The position numbers and the translations under genes were made by a program. Below are positions 39,377 to 49,075 of a DNA stretch of 64,000 bases, piece by piece. Below the pieces are notes generated by a model. It had not been told where the DNA came from and made no database searches. It was given only the letters and a program-made list of their open reading frames with translations. This DNA comes from an uncultured Heliomicrobium sp. (GTDB lineage: Bacteria > Acidobacteriota > Blastocatellia > RBC074): contig CAZMXG010000008.1 in the NCBI GenBank assembly GCA_964570175.1, positions 2,114-66,113 of the forward strand, in the 5' to 3' direction. Every line of letters begins with the position of its first letter. Position 1 is the first letter of the stretch.

Positions 39377-40975
39377 ATGAAAGTTACTGTTGGGCAAATT
39401 ACGGATAAGGGACTGAAGCGTCAGGCGAATGAAGACAATTTGCTGGCAATGCCTAGCCGCGGTCTGTTCATTGTGGCCGACGGCGTAGGTGGTCGGCGTG
39501 GCGGGCAAACGGCCAGTCGAACGGTGACGGAAGTTTTTGAAAAGGTGTTCAGCAACCCACAGCCAACAACGAATTCCGATTTGCCGATGGAAGATTTGCG
39601 CAAGCTGGTGCATGAAACGATTGATCTCTGCAACCAGAAAATCTACACGGAAGCGGAGATGAATCAGGAGTTGGAAGGGATGGCGACGACGATTGTGCTA
39701 GCTGCCGCCAAAGACAATCGAGCCATCATCGCTCATGTCGGTGACAGCCGGGTCTATCGTTGCGACGCGCGCGGTTTGGTTCGCCTGACCGAAGATCATA
39801 GCGAGGTCAATGAAGCCGTGCGCCAGGGTTGGTTGACTGCCGAACAAGCCGAAACGCATCCGCGCCGCAATGTCATTAGCCGCGCCATCGGAGCCGATTC
39901 TGAGGTCGAACCCGAAATCATAGAAATTGAAGTTGACGAAACGACGACGCTGCTGTTGTGCAGCGACGGCATCACTCGTCACATTCGCGACGATCAGTTG
40001 GAACGGCTGTTGCGAAGCGGCAATCATCCGCAAACCGTTTGCGAAACTTTCAAGCAGCTTTGTTACAACGAAGGCGCGGAAGACAATCTGACCGCCATCA
40101 TCGTGGATTTCGGCGAGCGCGGGTATGTGGACGAACAAACACGCCCAATGCGCTCGATGAGTCCGGCAATGTCCATGGCATCGGCAAGCGCAGAAAAACC
40201 AAGAAAGAAAATTGAAATTTCGTTGAGTGAGCCGGAGCCGGAAGTTGAAATCGTTTCTGAAGAAGTTCCCGACACCAACCATATCCCGGCGACAGCGCCA
40301 CAAGCGTTATTGCCGCCTGCGCTGGATGATTTCCCGGACGAACCTGAATCGTCTCAGTCAAGTGATCCTTTACCGATTGCAGACCAGCCCCAGGTTTCAA
40401 GCCGAAAAAAAGTTTTCAACATTGCTACGGTGGAGGAAGCCGGGCAGAAAGTCGAGATGTCGAAGTTTATGCGAATGAGTGTTTTGATTGTGACTTTGCT
40501 GGCGGGATTTATCCTGGGCGGGCTTTTTGGCGGGCCGTTGCAGCGAGTGGTCAACCGTTCGGGCGGCCCTCTGGCCGAAGAGCAGCCGCGATTGTTGCGT
40601 TATTCGCCGCGTGATGCCGGCGTCGCTTCGGCGTTTGCGCTGTTGAATGAAGGGCGGCTTGATGACGCTCGACAGGAACTTAATGCAATTCTCGCCCGCG
40701 ATGCAAACAATGCCGAAGCCCATTACTGCTTCGGACGCCTGTATTTCACCGAAAAGAAATATGAAGAGGCGATCAATCATTTCAAACTGGCGGCGACCAA
40801 CAATCAGGATTTGGACGAAGGATGGGTGTTCATTGCCATGGCGTATTTGCAAATTGGACAGGCACGAAACGCCGCTGACAGTTTGCAAAAATTGATGGCG
40901 CCGAATGCTCCGCCATCGTCTTCGCCAACCCCTGCTGGCGCTGCGCCGGCGAGTTCGGTGAAACCAGTTGGATAA
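39377..40975 (+). CDS. PP2C-family Ser/Thr phosphatase with C-terminal TM and TPR region
   Basis: Contains TDKGLKRQANEDN, FIVADGVGG, GMATTIV, HVGDSRVY, LLLCSDGIT, and EDNLTAIIVD. These are followed by a TM segment (MSVLIVTLLAGFILGGLFGG) and TPR-like repeats. Confidence 0.85.
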   Translation: MKVTVGQITDKGLKRQANEDNLLAMPSRGLFIVADGVGGRRGGQTASRTVTEVFEKVFSNPQPTTNSDLPMEDLRKLVHETIDLCNQKIYTEAEMNQELEGMATTIVLAAAKDNRAIIAHVGDSRVYRCDARGLVRLTEDHSEVNEAVRQGWLTAEQAETHPRRNVISRAIGADSEVEPEIIEIEVDETTTLLLCSDGITRHIRDDQLERLLRSGNHPQTVCETFKQLCYNEGAEDNLTAIIVDFGERGYVDEQTRPMRSMSPAMSMASASAEKPRKKIEISLSEPEPEVEIVSEEVPDTNHIPATAPQALLPPALDDFPDEPESSQSSDPLPIADQPQVSSRKKVFNIATVEEAGQKVEMSKFMRMSVLIVTLLAGFILGGLFGGPLQRVVNRSGGPLAEEQPRLLRYSPRDAGVASAFALLNEGRLDDARQELNAILARDANNAEAHYCFGRLYFTEKKYEEAINHFKLAATNNQDLDEGWVFIAMAYLQIGQARNAADSLQKLMAPNAPPSSSPTPAGAAPASSVKPVG

Positions 40976-41069
40976 ACTCGACGAGGCGACCAGGTAATGG
41001 CGAGAAGGGGCAAAATTAAATTTTCTATCTCTCCTTACCTCAAAGTCCCGACGTCCCCCAGTCGCAGTT

Positions 41070-42767
41070 ATGCCTGAATTGAAACTGGAACACAGTTTGG
41101 TGGATGGCCGCTACGAAGTGTACGAGCGGCTGACCCGCGGCAGTTACGCCGAAATTTTCGTCGCGTACGATCGTGCGGTCAGCCGCGCGCCGGTTGTTAT
41201 CAAAGCGCTCAATACCAGTTTGCAAGGCACGCCCGACCCTGACCTTGAACGTACTCTGGTTGAAAATTTCCAGAACGAAGCCGTTGCGCTGGATGCGGTT
41301 CGCCATCCGCACGTGATCTTACGGCTTGGGCACGGCACGGCGGCGGATTTGCGCGGCGTTCCATTTCATTACCTGGTGATCGAATACATGCCTGGCGGCG
41401 ACCTGCTCGAACTTTGCCGCCATCGCCCTGACAAAGCGCTGCCGCTGGAGGAAGCGCTGTTTTATTTTCATCAGGCTTGTGAAGCGCTGGCCTTTGCCCA
41501 TGGAAAAGGAATCATCCACCGCGATCTGAAGCCAAACAATTTCCTGCTCAGCGCTGACAAACGCATCCTGAAAGTTGCGGACTTTGGGGTGGCCAAAATC
41601 ACCAGCGGCGAATCCACCGAAATTACGCGCGTTGGGGCTGATGTGTATGCTCCGCCCGAACATAACCCGAACGAAGACACAGGCGAATTGCGGCATTTGA
41701 CCACGGCGGCGGATGTGTATTCGCTGGCAAAAAGTTTTTATACGGTTGTCTGCGGGCGCGCGCCAGGGCAGTTTCGCTGTGATCCGATTACTTCGTTGCC
41801 GGAAACCCTGATGAGCAAGCCGTGGGGCAATGCTTTGCTGAAAGTGTTGTGCCAGGCGACAGATGACAACCCCAAAGCCCGTTATGCCACTGTGGCGGAG
41901 TTCTGGCATGAACTGGCGCAGGTCGCTGCATTGGCGCCCACGGTGAAAATCGAAGAACTGCCGGACGAAGAAACCATCGTCAAACCCCGCCAGAAATTTG
42001 ACACAGGCGCCTTTCCACAAATTCCCGTGCAGCCGGATTTTGATCCAACACCTGCGACATCCCATTTGCAGGAAATCGTTTCACCTGCGCAGCTTGTAGG
42101 AACTGAGCCGCTGGGAGCGCTTGATTCGACAGAAAAACTGAGTGCTGAGAATACTGTGCCTCAAGCTGAGCCTGTGAAAACAGAAGCTCCCAAAGAAGCC
42201 GGAGAAAGCAAACCGACGGTTCAACGCGCTGAACGTCCCGGAAAGATCTTTATTGATTTGCAGCCCTCCAAAGCGCCTTCGGCAATCCCAAAACCTGCCA
42301 TGCCGATTCAGCCAAATCAGGCAACGCCTTTGCCCGCGAAACCAGGGCAAGTCAAGCCGCCCGCACAGGCGGCCCAGAAGGTCAAAAAGCCTCCGAAAAT
42401 GGCCAACCGGTTTTCTGAAAAGATGCGCCGACGAGTTTTTATTGGATTTCTGGCGGCGGCCTTTGTGGGGTTGCTGGCAAGTGTGTACAACTTTTTCAAA
42501 GGCGGCGAGTTCGGCGCGCCGCGCGAAATCGAAGTGTTGGCGCAGGCAATGTATGTTCGCAGCGGGCCGGGAGGCCAATTCAAACCCTACGGCACCGTTG
42601 CCGCCAATACCCACCACAAAGTCGTTCAGGAAAATGAGCAGGGCTGGATGCTGATTGAAGTCAGTCAGTGGATGAAATTAGAGACAGATGCGCCTTTAGA
42701 CATCCGTCAGGGTTGGGTTTATGGAAAATCAGATTATGTTCGTGTAGTCTCACGCCGCTGGTGGTGA
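41070..42767 (+). CDS. Ser/Thr protein kinase (Hanks type) with TM and a C-terminal SH3-like domain
   Basis: Contains GSYAEIFVAYD, VIKAL, HRDLKPNNFLL, DFGVAK, and APPE. These are followed by a TM segment (VFIGFLAAAFVGLLASVY) and ...MYVRSGPGGQFKPYGTV...GWVYG. Confidence 0.9.
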   Translation: MPELKLEHSLVDGRYEVYERLTRGSYAEIFVAYDRAVSRAPVVIKALNTSLQGTPDPDLERTLVENFQNEAVALDAVRHPHVILRLGHGTAADLRGVPFHYLVIEYMPGGDLLELCRHRPDKALPLEEALFYFHQACEALAFAHGKGIIHRDLKPNNFLLSADKRILKVADFGVAKITSGESTEITRVGADVYAPPEHNPNEDTGELRHLTTAADVYSLAKSFYTVVCGRAPGQFRCDPITSLPETLMSKPWGNALLKVLCQATDDNPKARYATVAEFWHELAQVAALAPTVKIEELPDEETIVKPRQKFDTGAFPQIPVQPDFDPTPATSHLQEIVSPAQLVGTEPLGALDSTEKLSAENTVPQAEPVKTEAPKEAGESKPTVQRAERPGKIFIDLQPSKAPSAIPKPAMPIQPNQATPLPAKPGQVKPPAQAAQKVKKPPKMANRFSEKMRRRVFIGFLAAAFVGLLASVYNFFKGGEFGAPREIEVLAQAMYVRSGPGGQFKPYGTVAANTHHKVVQENEQGWMLIEVSQWMKLETDAPLDIRQGWVYGKSDYVRVVSRRWW

Positions 42768-42779
42768 CAAGGTTATTTT

Positions 42780-43231
42780 GACAGGATGTACAAGATTTTT
42801 CAGGATTGGAGGAAAAGATGGAAGACAACGCCATTACTGAAATAATCATTGGTTGTGCTTATGAAGTGCATAACAGGTTGGGCTCAGGTTTTTTTGAAAA
42901 AGTGTATGAGAACGCGTTGCGAATTGAGCTGGAAAAGCGAGGTTTGAAGGTCTTGCAGCAAGAGCCGATTAAGGTCTGGTATGAAAATCAGATTATTGGA
43001 GACTATCAAGCTGACCTATGGGTAGAGGACCGGATAATCGTAGAGCTAAAGGCAATTTTGGCTTTGAGTAAAGAAAATGAATTACAACTGGTCAATTATC
43101 TGTCTGCTACAAAAGTTGATACAGGGTTGCTTATCAATTTCGGCTCCTCCGTTCAGGTGAAACGGAAATACCGCGAATACAAGCCTTCCCAATCCAACAA
43201 AACAATCCTGAAAAATCTTGTTAATCCTGTC
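42780..43231. mobile_element. Candidate cassette: a GxxExxY gene enclosed by 28-nt inverted arms of the CAGGATT hairpin family
   Basis: The left arm gacaggatgtacaagatttttcaggatt (42780-42807) and the reverse complement of 43204-43231 (gacaggattaacaagatttttcaggatt) match at 26 of 28 positions. No transposase is present, so mobility is an inference. Confidence 0.4.
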
Positions 43232-43252
43232 TATACCCAGACAAAGAGGTAG
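42818..43252 (+). CDS. GxxExxY protein (PD-(D/E)XK nuclease-like family)
   Basis: Contains GSGFFEKVYENAL (GxxExxY), DLWVEDRIIVELK (D...ExK), and LLINFG. The ATG at 42818 has a GGAGGA RBS. The last ~16 codons (KTILKNLVNPV...) read through the right hairpin arm. Confidence 0.85.
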   Translation: MEDNAITEIIIGCAYEVHNRLGSGFFEKVYENALRIELEKRGLKVLQQEPIKVWYENQIIGDYQADLWVEDRIIVELKAILALSKENELQLVNYLSATKVDTGLLINFGSSVQVKRKYREYKPSQSNKTILKNLVNPVYTQTKR

Positions 43253-43258
43253 AGTGCA

Positions 43259-44086
43259 ATGAAGCTTTGGGGCGAAGTCAAAAAGTGGCTGGACGGCGAA
43301 GACGCGATTTCGCAAACGCCGGAAGCGCAGGCGCAATTGAGCGAGTGGGATGAGTTTTTCGTCAAAATCGCGCGCGAAGTGGAAGTCGTCATGAAACGCG
43401 AAATGTTCACGCCGCCGGGCGGCCAGACCTATCTGCCCGGCGAATACATCATTTACCTGAGCAAGGAAGACGACGCGATGTGGCAGGGGCGCAAACGCGA
43501 AGGCCTGGAAGAAGGCTTGGGGCTTAGTTTGTCGCAGCGCGCCAAGGAAATTGTTGGCGGAAAACAGCTTAAGGCAGACAAGATCGCGCTCAGTTTGAGC
43601 ATTGACGGCGCACTCAACAAAGGCCAGGTGCGCGTCCAGGCTGTTTGGGATGACGATTCGCCCAGAACCGAAGTCACCGCCCGCAAGAAGAAACCCACGC
43701 CGAAACCGATCGAAGTCGAACCGGGAAACACAGAACCTTTGGAGCCTGATGAGGGCGAAAAGACTTTGGTTCGCCCGCGAGTCGCTTTGTTTACTGTCAA
43801 CTTTCAGCGTCAGGGCGGCGAACCCGAAACTTTCAAATCCATGAAGGCCAAGATCGAAATTGGCCGCGGTTCCAAGGACTTTCCGGTGGACGTGAAACTG
43901 GATGGCGATCAGGAAGTCAGCCGCAAGCACGCGATTCTGTCGAAACAGGAAAGCGCATTCAAATTGGAATGCATTGGCCGCAATGCCATCGAGGTAGATG
44001 GCCGAGAAATTCAGCCGGGCGAAAGCGCGGAAGTGAAGCCGGGGCAAAATATCAAGATCGGCATCTATGAATTGAAGATTGCATAA
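43259..44086 (+). CDS. FhaA-like protein (DUF3662 N-terminal domain plus C-terminal FHA domain)
   Basis: The C-terminus [50 protein letters not shown]...[10 protein letters not shown] is an FHA domain. Confidence 0.85.
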   Translation: MKLWGEVKKWLDGEDAISQTPEAQAQLSEWDEFFVKIAREVEVVMKREMFTPPGGQTYLPGEYIIYLSKEDDAMWQGRKREGLEEGLGLSLSQRAKEIVGGKQLKADKIALSLSIDGALNKGQVRVQAVWDDDSPRTEVTARKKKPTPKPIEVEPGNTEPLEPDEGEKTLVRPRVALFTVNFQRQGGEPETFKSMKAKIEIGRGSKDFPVDVKLDGDQEVSRKHAILSKQESAFKLECIGRNAIEVDGREIQPGESAEVKPGQNIKIGIYELKIA

Positions 44087-44107
44087 CAGAAACCGGGAGA
44101 AGCTCTA

Positions 44108-45025
44108 TTGAAAAAACAAACCTTCCTCGCTTCATTCCTCGCCGCGATTTTGTTGGCGATGACGGCAAATGCCGCGGGCGAACTTGTTCGCATTGTCCGC
44201 AACAAACTTTCGGCAGGTGATTTGGCCAGCGGCGCGCAAGCAGCGGAAGATTACAAGCGCCAAAACGGTGTTGATGCGGAATATCTGGATGCGCTGGGTT
44301 GGCTGGCGCGTGGCGCTGAGATGTTGAATCAGCCGGACGCCGCCGCCGTGTATGTCGCTGAGCTTCGACGCGAGATTCGAGAAGAGAAATCCGAATGGTT
44401 ATCGCCACTTGGCGCGGCCATTGAAGTCGAAGGGAAATTGCGCGCAAAACGTGATGGTCGCGGATCAGCCATCAGTTTTCTGGAATCCGAATACGCCCGC
44501 GCGAAAGATATTGGGCTGCGCGCCCGCATTCGAAAAAATATCAACCTGCTTTCGCTGGAAGGCCAGCCAGCGCCGGAACTCAGCGTCGGCGATTTTATTG
44601 GGCCTCAACCTGCTTCTTTTGCTTCGCTAAAGGGCAAACCGGTTCTGCTGTTTCTGTGGGCGCACTGGTGCGGCGACTGCAAAGCGCAGGCCGCTTCGCT
44701 GGCTCGCGTAACGGAAAAATTCAAATCACAAGGCTTGGTGGTGATGGCTCCGACGCGCTATTACGGCACAGGAGAGCAAAACAAGAATGTCCCGCCAGCA
44801 GAAGAGAAAACACATATGGCGAAAGTCTGGAAGGATGCCTATCCGGGGTTGGAAAGCGTTCCGATTGTCATTGATACCGACGCCATGATCCGGTACGGAG
44901 TTTCCGCCACGCCGACGTTTGCGCTGATAGATCGTAAAGGTGTGGTGCGCATGTACGCGCCAACGCGGCTTTCCGAAGCAGAGCTTTCCAAACGGATTGA
45001 AACTGTACTTGCCGAAGCTCCGTAA
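44108..45025 (+). CDS. Secreted TlpA-like thiol:disulfide oxidoreductase with an N-terminal helical (TPR-like) domain
   Basis: Contains KPVLLFLWAHWCGDCKAQ (CxxC). It has a signal peptide and a TTG start with a GGGAGA RBS. Confidence 0.75.
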   Translation: MKKQTFLASFLAAILLAMTANAAGELVRIVRNKLSAGDLASGAQAAEDYKRQNGVDAEYLDALGWLARGAEMLNQPDAAAVYVAELRREIREEKSEWLSPLGAAIEVEGKLRAKRDGRGSAISFLESEYARAKDIGLRARIRKNINLLSLEGQPAPELSVGDFIGPQPASFASLKGKPVLLFLWAHWCGDCKAQAASLARVTEKFKSQGLVVMAPTRYYGTGEQNKNVPPAEEKTHMAKVWKDAYPGLESVPIVIDTDAMIRYGVSATPTFALIDRKGVVRMYAPTRLSEAELSKRIETVLAEAP

Positions 45026-45142
45026 CCGGAAAACGCTTTTATTTTTCGGACAACCTGTGGTTTATTGGCGAAGCGACCATTGGAAGTTCGCTTCTGAACT
45101 TCAAATCCCAATCCCCAATTCTGCTTTTAGGAGTAAAGACAG

Positions 45143-46312
45143 ATGAAGTATTTCCGCCAGTCATCATTCCGAACTGTTCTGTTGTTCATCGCTCTTTGGC
45201 TGACCGCCATGCCCGCGCTGGCGCAGCAAAAAGTCGCTCTTGGCGATCGCCGCGAAGATTTCGCCCAATTGGTGGCGAAGCTTTCCGAACGCGCAGGCTA
45301 TTTCGGTTCGGACAATCTGGTGTCGAACGAACTGTCTTATCAGCACGTGCTGGGAACAATGGAAGAGATGAACCTGTCTGGCGGCGTTTATCTGGGCGTG
45401 GGTCCGGATCAGAACTACACGTACGTTGCCCAGATCAAACCGAAGCTGGCCATTATGCTGGACATTCGGCGCGATGCGCTGTTGCAGCACGTGATGTTCA
45501 AAGCGCTGTTTATGATGTCGCGCAGCCGCATCGAATACATGTCGAATCTGTTTGCCCGTCCGCTGCCTAAAGATTACAAGAAATGGAATGACCGCCAGAT
45601 TCGCGACTTGGTGGATTACTTTGACCGCACGCCGCTGGATCAAAAAATGGCTGACAAGCTCAAAGCCGATCTGCACAAGAAAATCGAAAGCTTTGGCTTG
45701 GGATTGAATCAGCGAGATTGGGAAACGATAGATGAAATTTACCAGGCGTTTTATACAGATTGCCTGGAAGTTCGGTACACCATCCGCGACCGTCCGACCG
45801 GGAGATTCTTTCCCGCGTATCGCGACATCCTGCTGGAAAAAGACCTGAAGGGGAGACAACGCAACTATCTGGCCAGCGAAGCGACCTTCCAAGTCATCAA
45901 AACCATGCACGATCAAAACCGGATCGTTCCGGCCACGGGCGACATTTCCGGCGTTAAAGCGCTGAAATCCATCGGGGATTACCTGAAAGAGATCAACGAA
46001 AAAGTCACGGCGTTTTACGTTTCAAACGTGGAGTTTTATCTGTTTCGGCAAGACACGATGGGCCGCTTTGTCGAAAACCTGAAGTCCTTGCCGATTGACA
46101 GCCGCAGCCTTCTGATTCGCAGCTATTTCAATTACGCCTACTACACGAACGTCCACCCGCAAACCGTGGACAATCATTTCAGCGTCCAGCTTTTGCAGAG
46201 CATCGAAGCTTTGATCAAAGGCTTTGAGTCAGGCGAAATCAGCGATTATTACCAGTTGACGACGCGTGGCAGCGTGGAGTTGATAGAGATGAAAAAGCGG
46301 CAGGACCCATAA
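45143..46312 (+). CDS. Conserved-looking hypothetical secreted protein
   Basis: 389 aa. Signal peptide ...[19 protein letters not shown] recognise no family with confidence. Confidence 0.5.
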   Translation: MKYFRQSSFRTVLLFIALWLTAMPALAQQKVALGDRREDFAQLVAKLSERAGYFGSDNLVSNELSYQHVLGTMEEMNLSGGVYLGVGPDQNYTYVAQIKPKLAIMLDIRRDALLQHVMFKALFMMSRSRIEYMSNLFARPLPKDYKKWNDRQIRDLVDYFDRTPLDQKMADKLKADLHKKIESFGLGLNQRDWETIDEIYQAFYTDCLEVRYTIRDRPTGRFFPAYRDILLEKDLKGRQRNYLASEATFQVIKTMHDQNRIVPATGDISGVKALKSIGDYLKEINEKVTAFYVSNVEFYLFRQDTMGRFVENLKSLPIDSRSLLIRSYFNYAYYTNVHPQTVDNHFSVQLLQSIEALIKGFESGEISDYYQLTTRGSVELIEMKKRQDP

Positions 46313-46340
46313 AGGTTTTTATTACCTTTCAACGGCCATT

Positions 46341-47012
46341 TTAGTAGAGCCAATCATTGCCAAAGCTTGGTCTGTTCGGCGCACAGCATTGTGATGGTTC
46401 AAGTTTTAACTCCGGGCTTTCGATGGTCACATTTCCATCTTTGATTTTGATTTTAATCATGCCTGACTTTTGAGTTCTCTCTAGTTTTCTGACTTCGTTC
46501 CCAAACCTAATTTTCGAGTCTGCGAATTCACCTTCGCACGAAAGCTCTTCCTTAATTGGGAATGGGAATTTAATGTTGATCGAAGCCTGAGGCTCAATTC
46601 CAAGCAGAACCACTTTATCGGAGTAGGTTTCTATCAGCAGATAAGAAATCGGTTGTGGCGATTCATTGGTGATTTGAATGTCGTTGAAATGGTCATTTGC
46701 GACGGCATTATTCCCAATCCGTAAAACTGACTCTGAATCCCAAGCGTAATCTGGGTAAACCGATCTAAAGTCCCCGTCCAGAAAATCACCTGTATAAAGT
46801 AACTTCCATTGGACAATGGGGCTGCCATCGTGAAAGACATTGAGATATGCAGCGTGTTCGATCAGAAATCGTTTCTGTGCGATTTCGACTTTGTAACGCT
46901 GACTGGGAGATAAAGTTGTGTAAAGCACTTTTCTGGTAAAGCCAAAAAACACGCCCCAAAGTAATAAGGCGATAACGCAAATAACTACTATAAAAGCCAG
47001 TTTTTTTATCAT
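46341..47012 (-). CDS. Hypothetical membrane-anchored protein
   Basis: 223 aa. N-terminal TM segment FIVVICVIALLLWGVFFGF. A+T-rich by eye. It directly abuts the upstream hydrolase gene. Confidence 0.45.
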   Translation of the reverse strand: MIKKLAFIVVICVIALLLWGVFFGFTRKVLYTTLSPSQRYKVEIAQKRFLIEHAAYLNVFHDGSPIVQWKLLYTGDFLDGDFRSVYPDYAWDSESVLRIGNNAVANDHFNDIQITNESPQPISYLLIETYSDKVVLLGIEPQASINIKFPFPIKEELSCEGEFADSKIRFGNEVRKLERTQKSGMIKIKIKDGNVTIESPELKLEPSQCCAPNRPSFGNDWLY

Positions 47013-47900
47013 TCACTTTTCAGCCAAAAATTTCTTCGTTTCAGTCAAAAAAACTTCCAGTTGATCGTGGTGAACCCAGTGGCCAGCATTGGCGACTTTC
47101 ACCAGTCGATGATTTTTGATCGGTTTGGCTCGTCCGTCTGTTTCAGGGTCAGGCGCCCAGCTTTCCATTCCCCAAAACAATAAAACTGGACAGGTAATCT
47201 GGCCGTAAACATCCTGAATGTCGGGAAGGCTGTGGCCGAAGGGCGGAAACGGTCGCGCAAAGTTGTCGAACTTCCAGCTTAGCGAACCGTCCGAATTCCA
47301 GTTCGTTCCGTGCAGCGTTAAATGCCGCGCAACTTCGTCTTTCAGGTGGGGATTGGCTTCCTGCATTCTGGCGACCGCCGAATCCAGGTCTGGATAACTG
47401 CGTGGTTCGCGCTTTTCAATCTGGCGGATTTCATCAATCCAACGGCGCATTCGCTTGGAAGCCGGATCGTAGACGCGATGCGTCGGTGGCGGCCCCAGAC
47501 CTTCAATCGAAACCAGCTTTTTGACTTTCTCAGGAAAAAGGCCTGTGTAGAGCGTAGAAATGACTCCGCCCAGACTGTGACCAATCAGGTAAAGCGGGTC
47601 GGATTGATTGTTACTGGTGTTGATCACATCCACCAGCGCCGACAGATCCAGCACGTGTTCGGCGATGGTATACAGCGCGCCGGGCGCATGCTGGCTGTTT
47701 CCGTGTCCGCGCAGGTCAAGCGCGTACACATGAAAATCGTTGTTTAGTTCGCGCGCCACCCAATCCCAGTTTCGGGCGTGATCGAGTCCGCCGTGAACCA
47801 GAATCATGGTTGGCTTGCCTTCTGTGCCCCAATCCCATAACTGCAATTTGAGCCGGTGAGAGTAAAAGAAGTGCGAAATCGGTTCGTCAGTTGTTTTCAA
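47013..47900 (-). CDS. Alpha/beta hydrolase (epoxide hydrolase/haloalkane dehalogenase-like fold)
   Basis: Contains ILVHGGLDHARNW, GHSLGG (nucleophile elbow), and the C-terminus GHWVHHD. TTG start with an AAGGAGG RBS. Confidence 0.85.
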   Translation of the reverse strand: MKTTDEPISHFFYSHRLKLQLWDWGTEGKPTMILVHGGLDHARNWDWVARELNNDFHVYALDLRGHGNSQHAPGALYTIAEHVLDLSALVDVINTSNNQSDPLYLIGHSLGGVISTLYTGLFPEKVKKLVSIEGLGPPPTHRVYDPASKRMRRWIDEIRQIEKREPRSYPDLDSAVARMQEANPHLKDEVARHLTLHGTNWNSDGSLSWKFDNFARPFPPFGHSLPDIQDVYGQITCPVLLFWGMESWAPDPETDGRAKPIKNHRLVKVANAGHWVHHDQLEVFLTETKKFLAEK

Positions 47901-47995
47901 TTCGGGGAATCCTCCTTCGCTGCTATGCTAGCCCGGCAGTTTCAACACAGTAAAGCCAGAGGAAAAAAACAGAGGAAAAAATATGATACCTGCTC

Positions 47996-48182
47996 AGCCC
48001 CAACGGGGCTGGATATGACAGCCCAGTGCAACGCACTGGGAACGAGAATCAAAAGATTGCACGAGCCCCAACGGGGCGAAATAACAAGGTTACCCATTTC
48101 GCCCTTTCAGGGCTTTGGGGCCATCCCATTGCTTACCCGGCGCGTCGCACCGGGCTGCTGCATTTTGCCCCCTTGGGGCTGA
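47996..48182. repeat. About 185-nt nested imperfect palindrome (structured REP/MITE-like element), copy 2
   Basis: Terminal hairpins are cagccccaacggggctg and gcccccttggggctg. atatgacagcccagtg pairs with caccgggctgctgcat. The central hairpin is gccccaacggggcgaaat...atttcgccctttcagggc. The layout matches 1564-1748, with many compensating differences. Confidence 0.6.
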
Positions 48183-48195
48183 ACAATTACAAAAC

Positions 48196-49053
48196 ATGCA
48201 CCAGATCATCTTCATACTGTTGTTGGCAACTTTTGCGTTTGCCCAGCAATCGCAAAACCCTTCACCGATGGTTGAACACACGCGAGCGCATCCGCGATTG
48301 AAGCAGGAAACTGCTGAAGGTCGCCGCGAGAAGTTGGAACTCGGAACTTTGTTTTTACCCGCCAAGCTCAAGCTGAAATCGCCAGTGCCTTTGTTCATCC
48401 ACTTTCACGGCGGAACCTGGCTGCCGGAAGTCGCGGCGGAGAAGGCAGGCAAAACCGCCGTTATCTTCATTCAAATCGGAGCCGGTTCGTCGGTTTACGC
48501 GCGGCCGTTTGCGGATGCGCAATTGTTCGCTCGGCTGATTGCCGAAGCCGAAGCCAAAGCGGGGGTGAAGTTTGGGCCGATCAGTTTGACTTCCTGGAGT
48601 GCTGGATACGGCGCGGTGCGGGCAATTCTGAAAGTGCCGGAGCATTACGCGCGGGTGGATAAAGTCTTGTTGATTGATGGCTTACACGCGGGATACGTGG
48701 GCGGGAAGCCGGGAACTGGCAAATCACTGGAATCGGAATTGGAAGCGGGTGATTTGGACATCTTTCTGAAGTTTGCGCGGGATGCGGTTGCTGGGCGAAA
48801 GCGGTTGATCATCACGCATTCCGAAATTTTTCCGGGAACGTTTGCCAGCACGACGGAAACAGCGGATTGGCTGTTGGCTCAGTTAGCATTGAAACGAACG
48901 GCTGTGGTGAAGTGGGGGCCGATGCAAACGCAGCAATTGAGTGAAGCAAAGGCAGGGAAGTTTTGGCTGATGGGCTTTGCGGGGAACTCCGCGCCGGATC
49001 ACGTGGATCAACTGCATTCGCTACCGGAGTATTTGAACTGGCTGAGGAAATAA
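48196..49053 (+). CDS. Secreted hypothetical protein, possibly alpha/beta-hydrolase-like
   Basis: MHQIIFILLLATFAFAQQ is a signal peptide. IHFHGG and SWSAGYG are esterase-like motifs. The track start (48115) lies inside the repeat element, so I chose the ATG at 48196. Confidence 0.5.
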   Translation: MHQIIFILLLATFAFAQQSQNPSPMVEHTRAHPRLKQETAEGRREKLELGTLFLPAKLKLKSPVPLFIHFHGGTWLPEVAAEKAGKTAVIFIQIGAGSSVYARPFADAQLFARLIAEAEAKAGVKFGPISLTSWSAGYGAVRAILKVPEHYARVDKVLLIDGLHAGYVGGKPGTGKSLESELEAGDLDIFLKFARDAVAGRKRLIITHSEIFPGTFASTTETADWLLAQLALKRTAVVKWGPMQTQQLSEAKAGKFWLMGFAGNSAPDHVDQLHSLPEYLNWLRK

Positions 49054-49075
49054 ACGCTGAGGAAGGAAACTGAAC

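Noticed and set aside
42780-43231. An integron attC / gene-cassette interpretation of the hairpin-flanked GxxExxY gene and of the other hairpins.
   Set aside because: I found no integrase (intI), no attI, and no conserved attC R-box termini (GTTRRRY/RYYYAAC). The arms flank the gene on both sides instead of following it.
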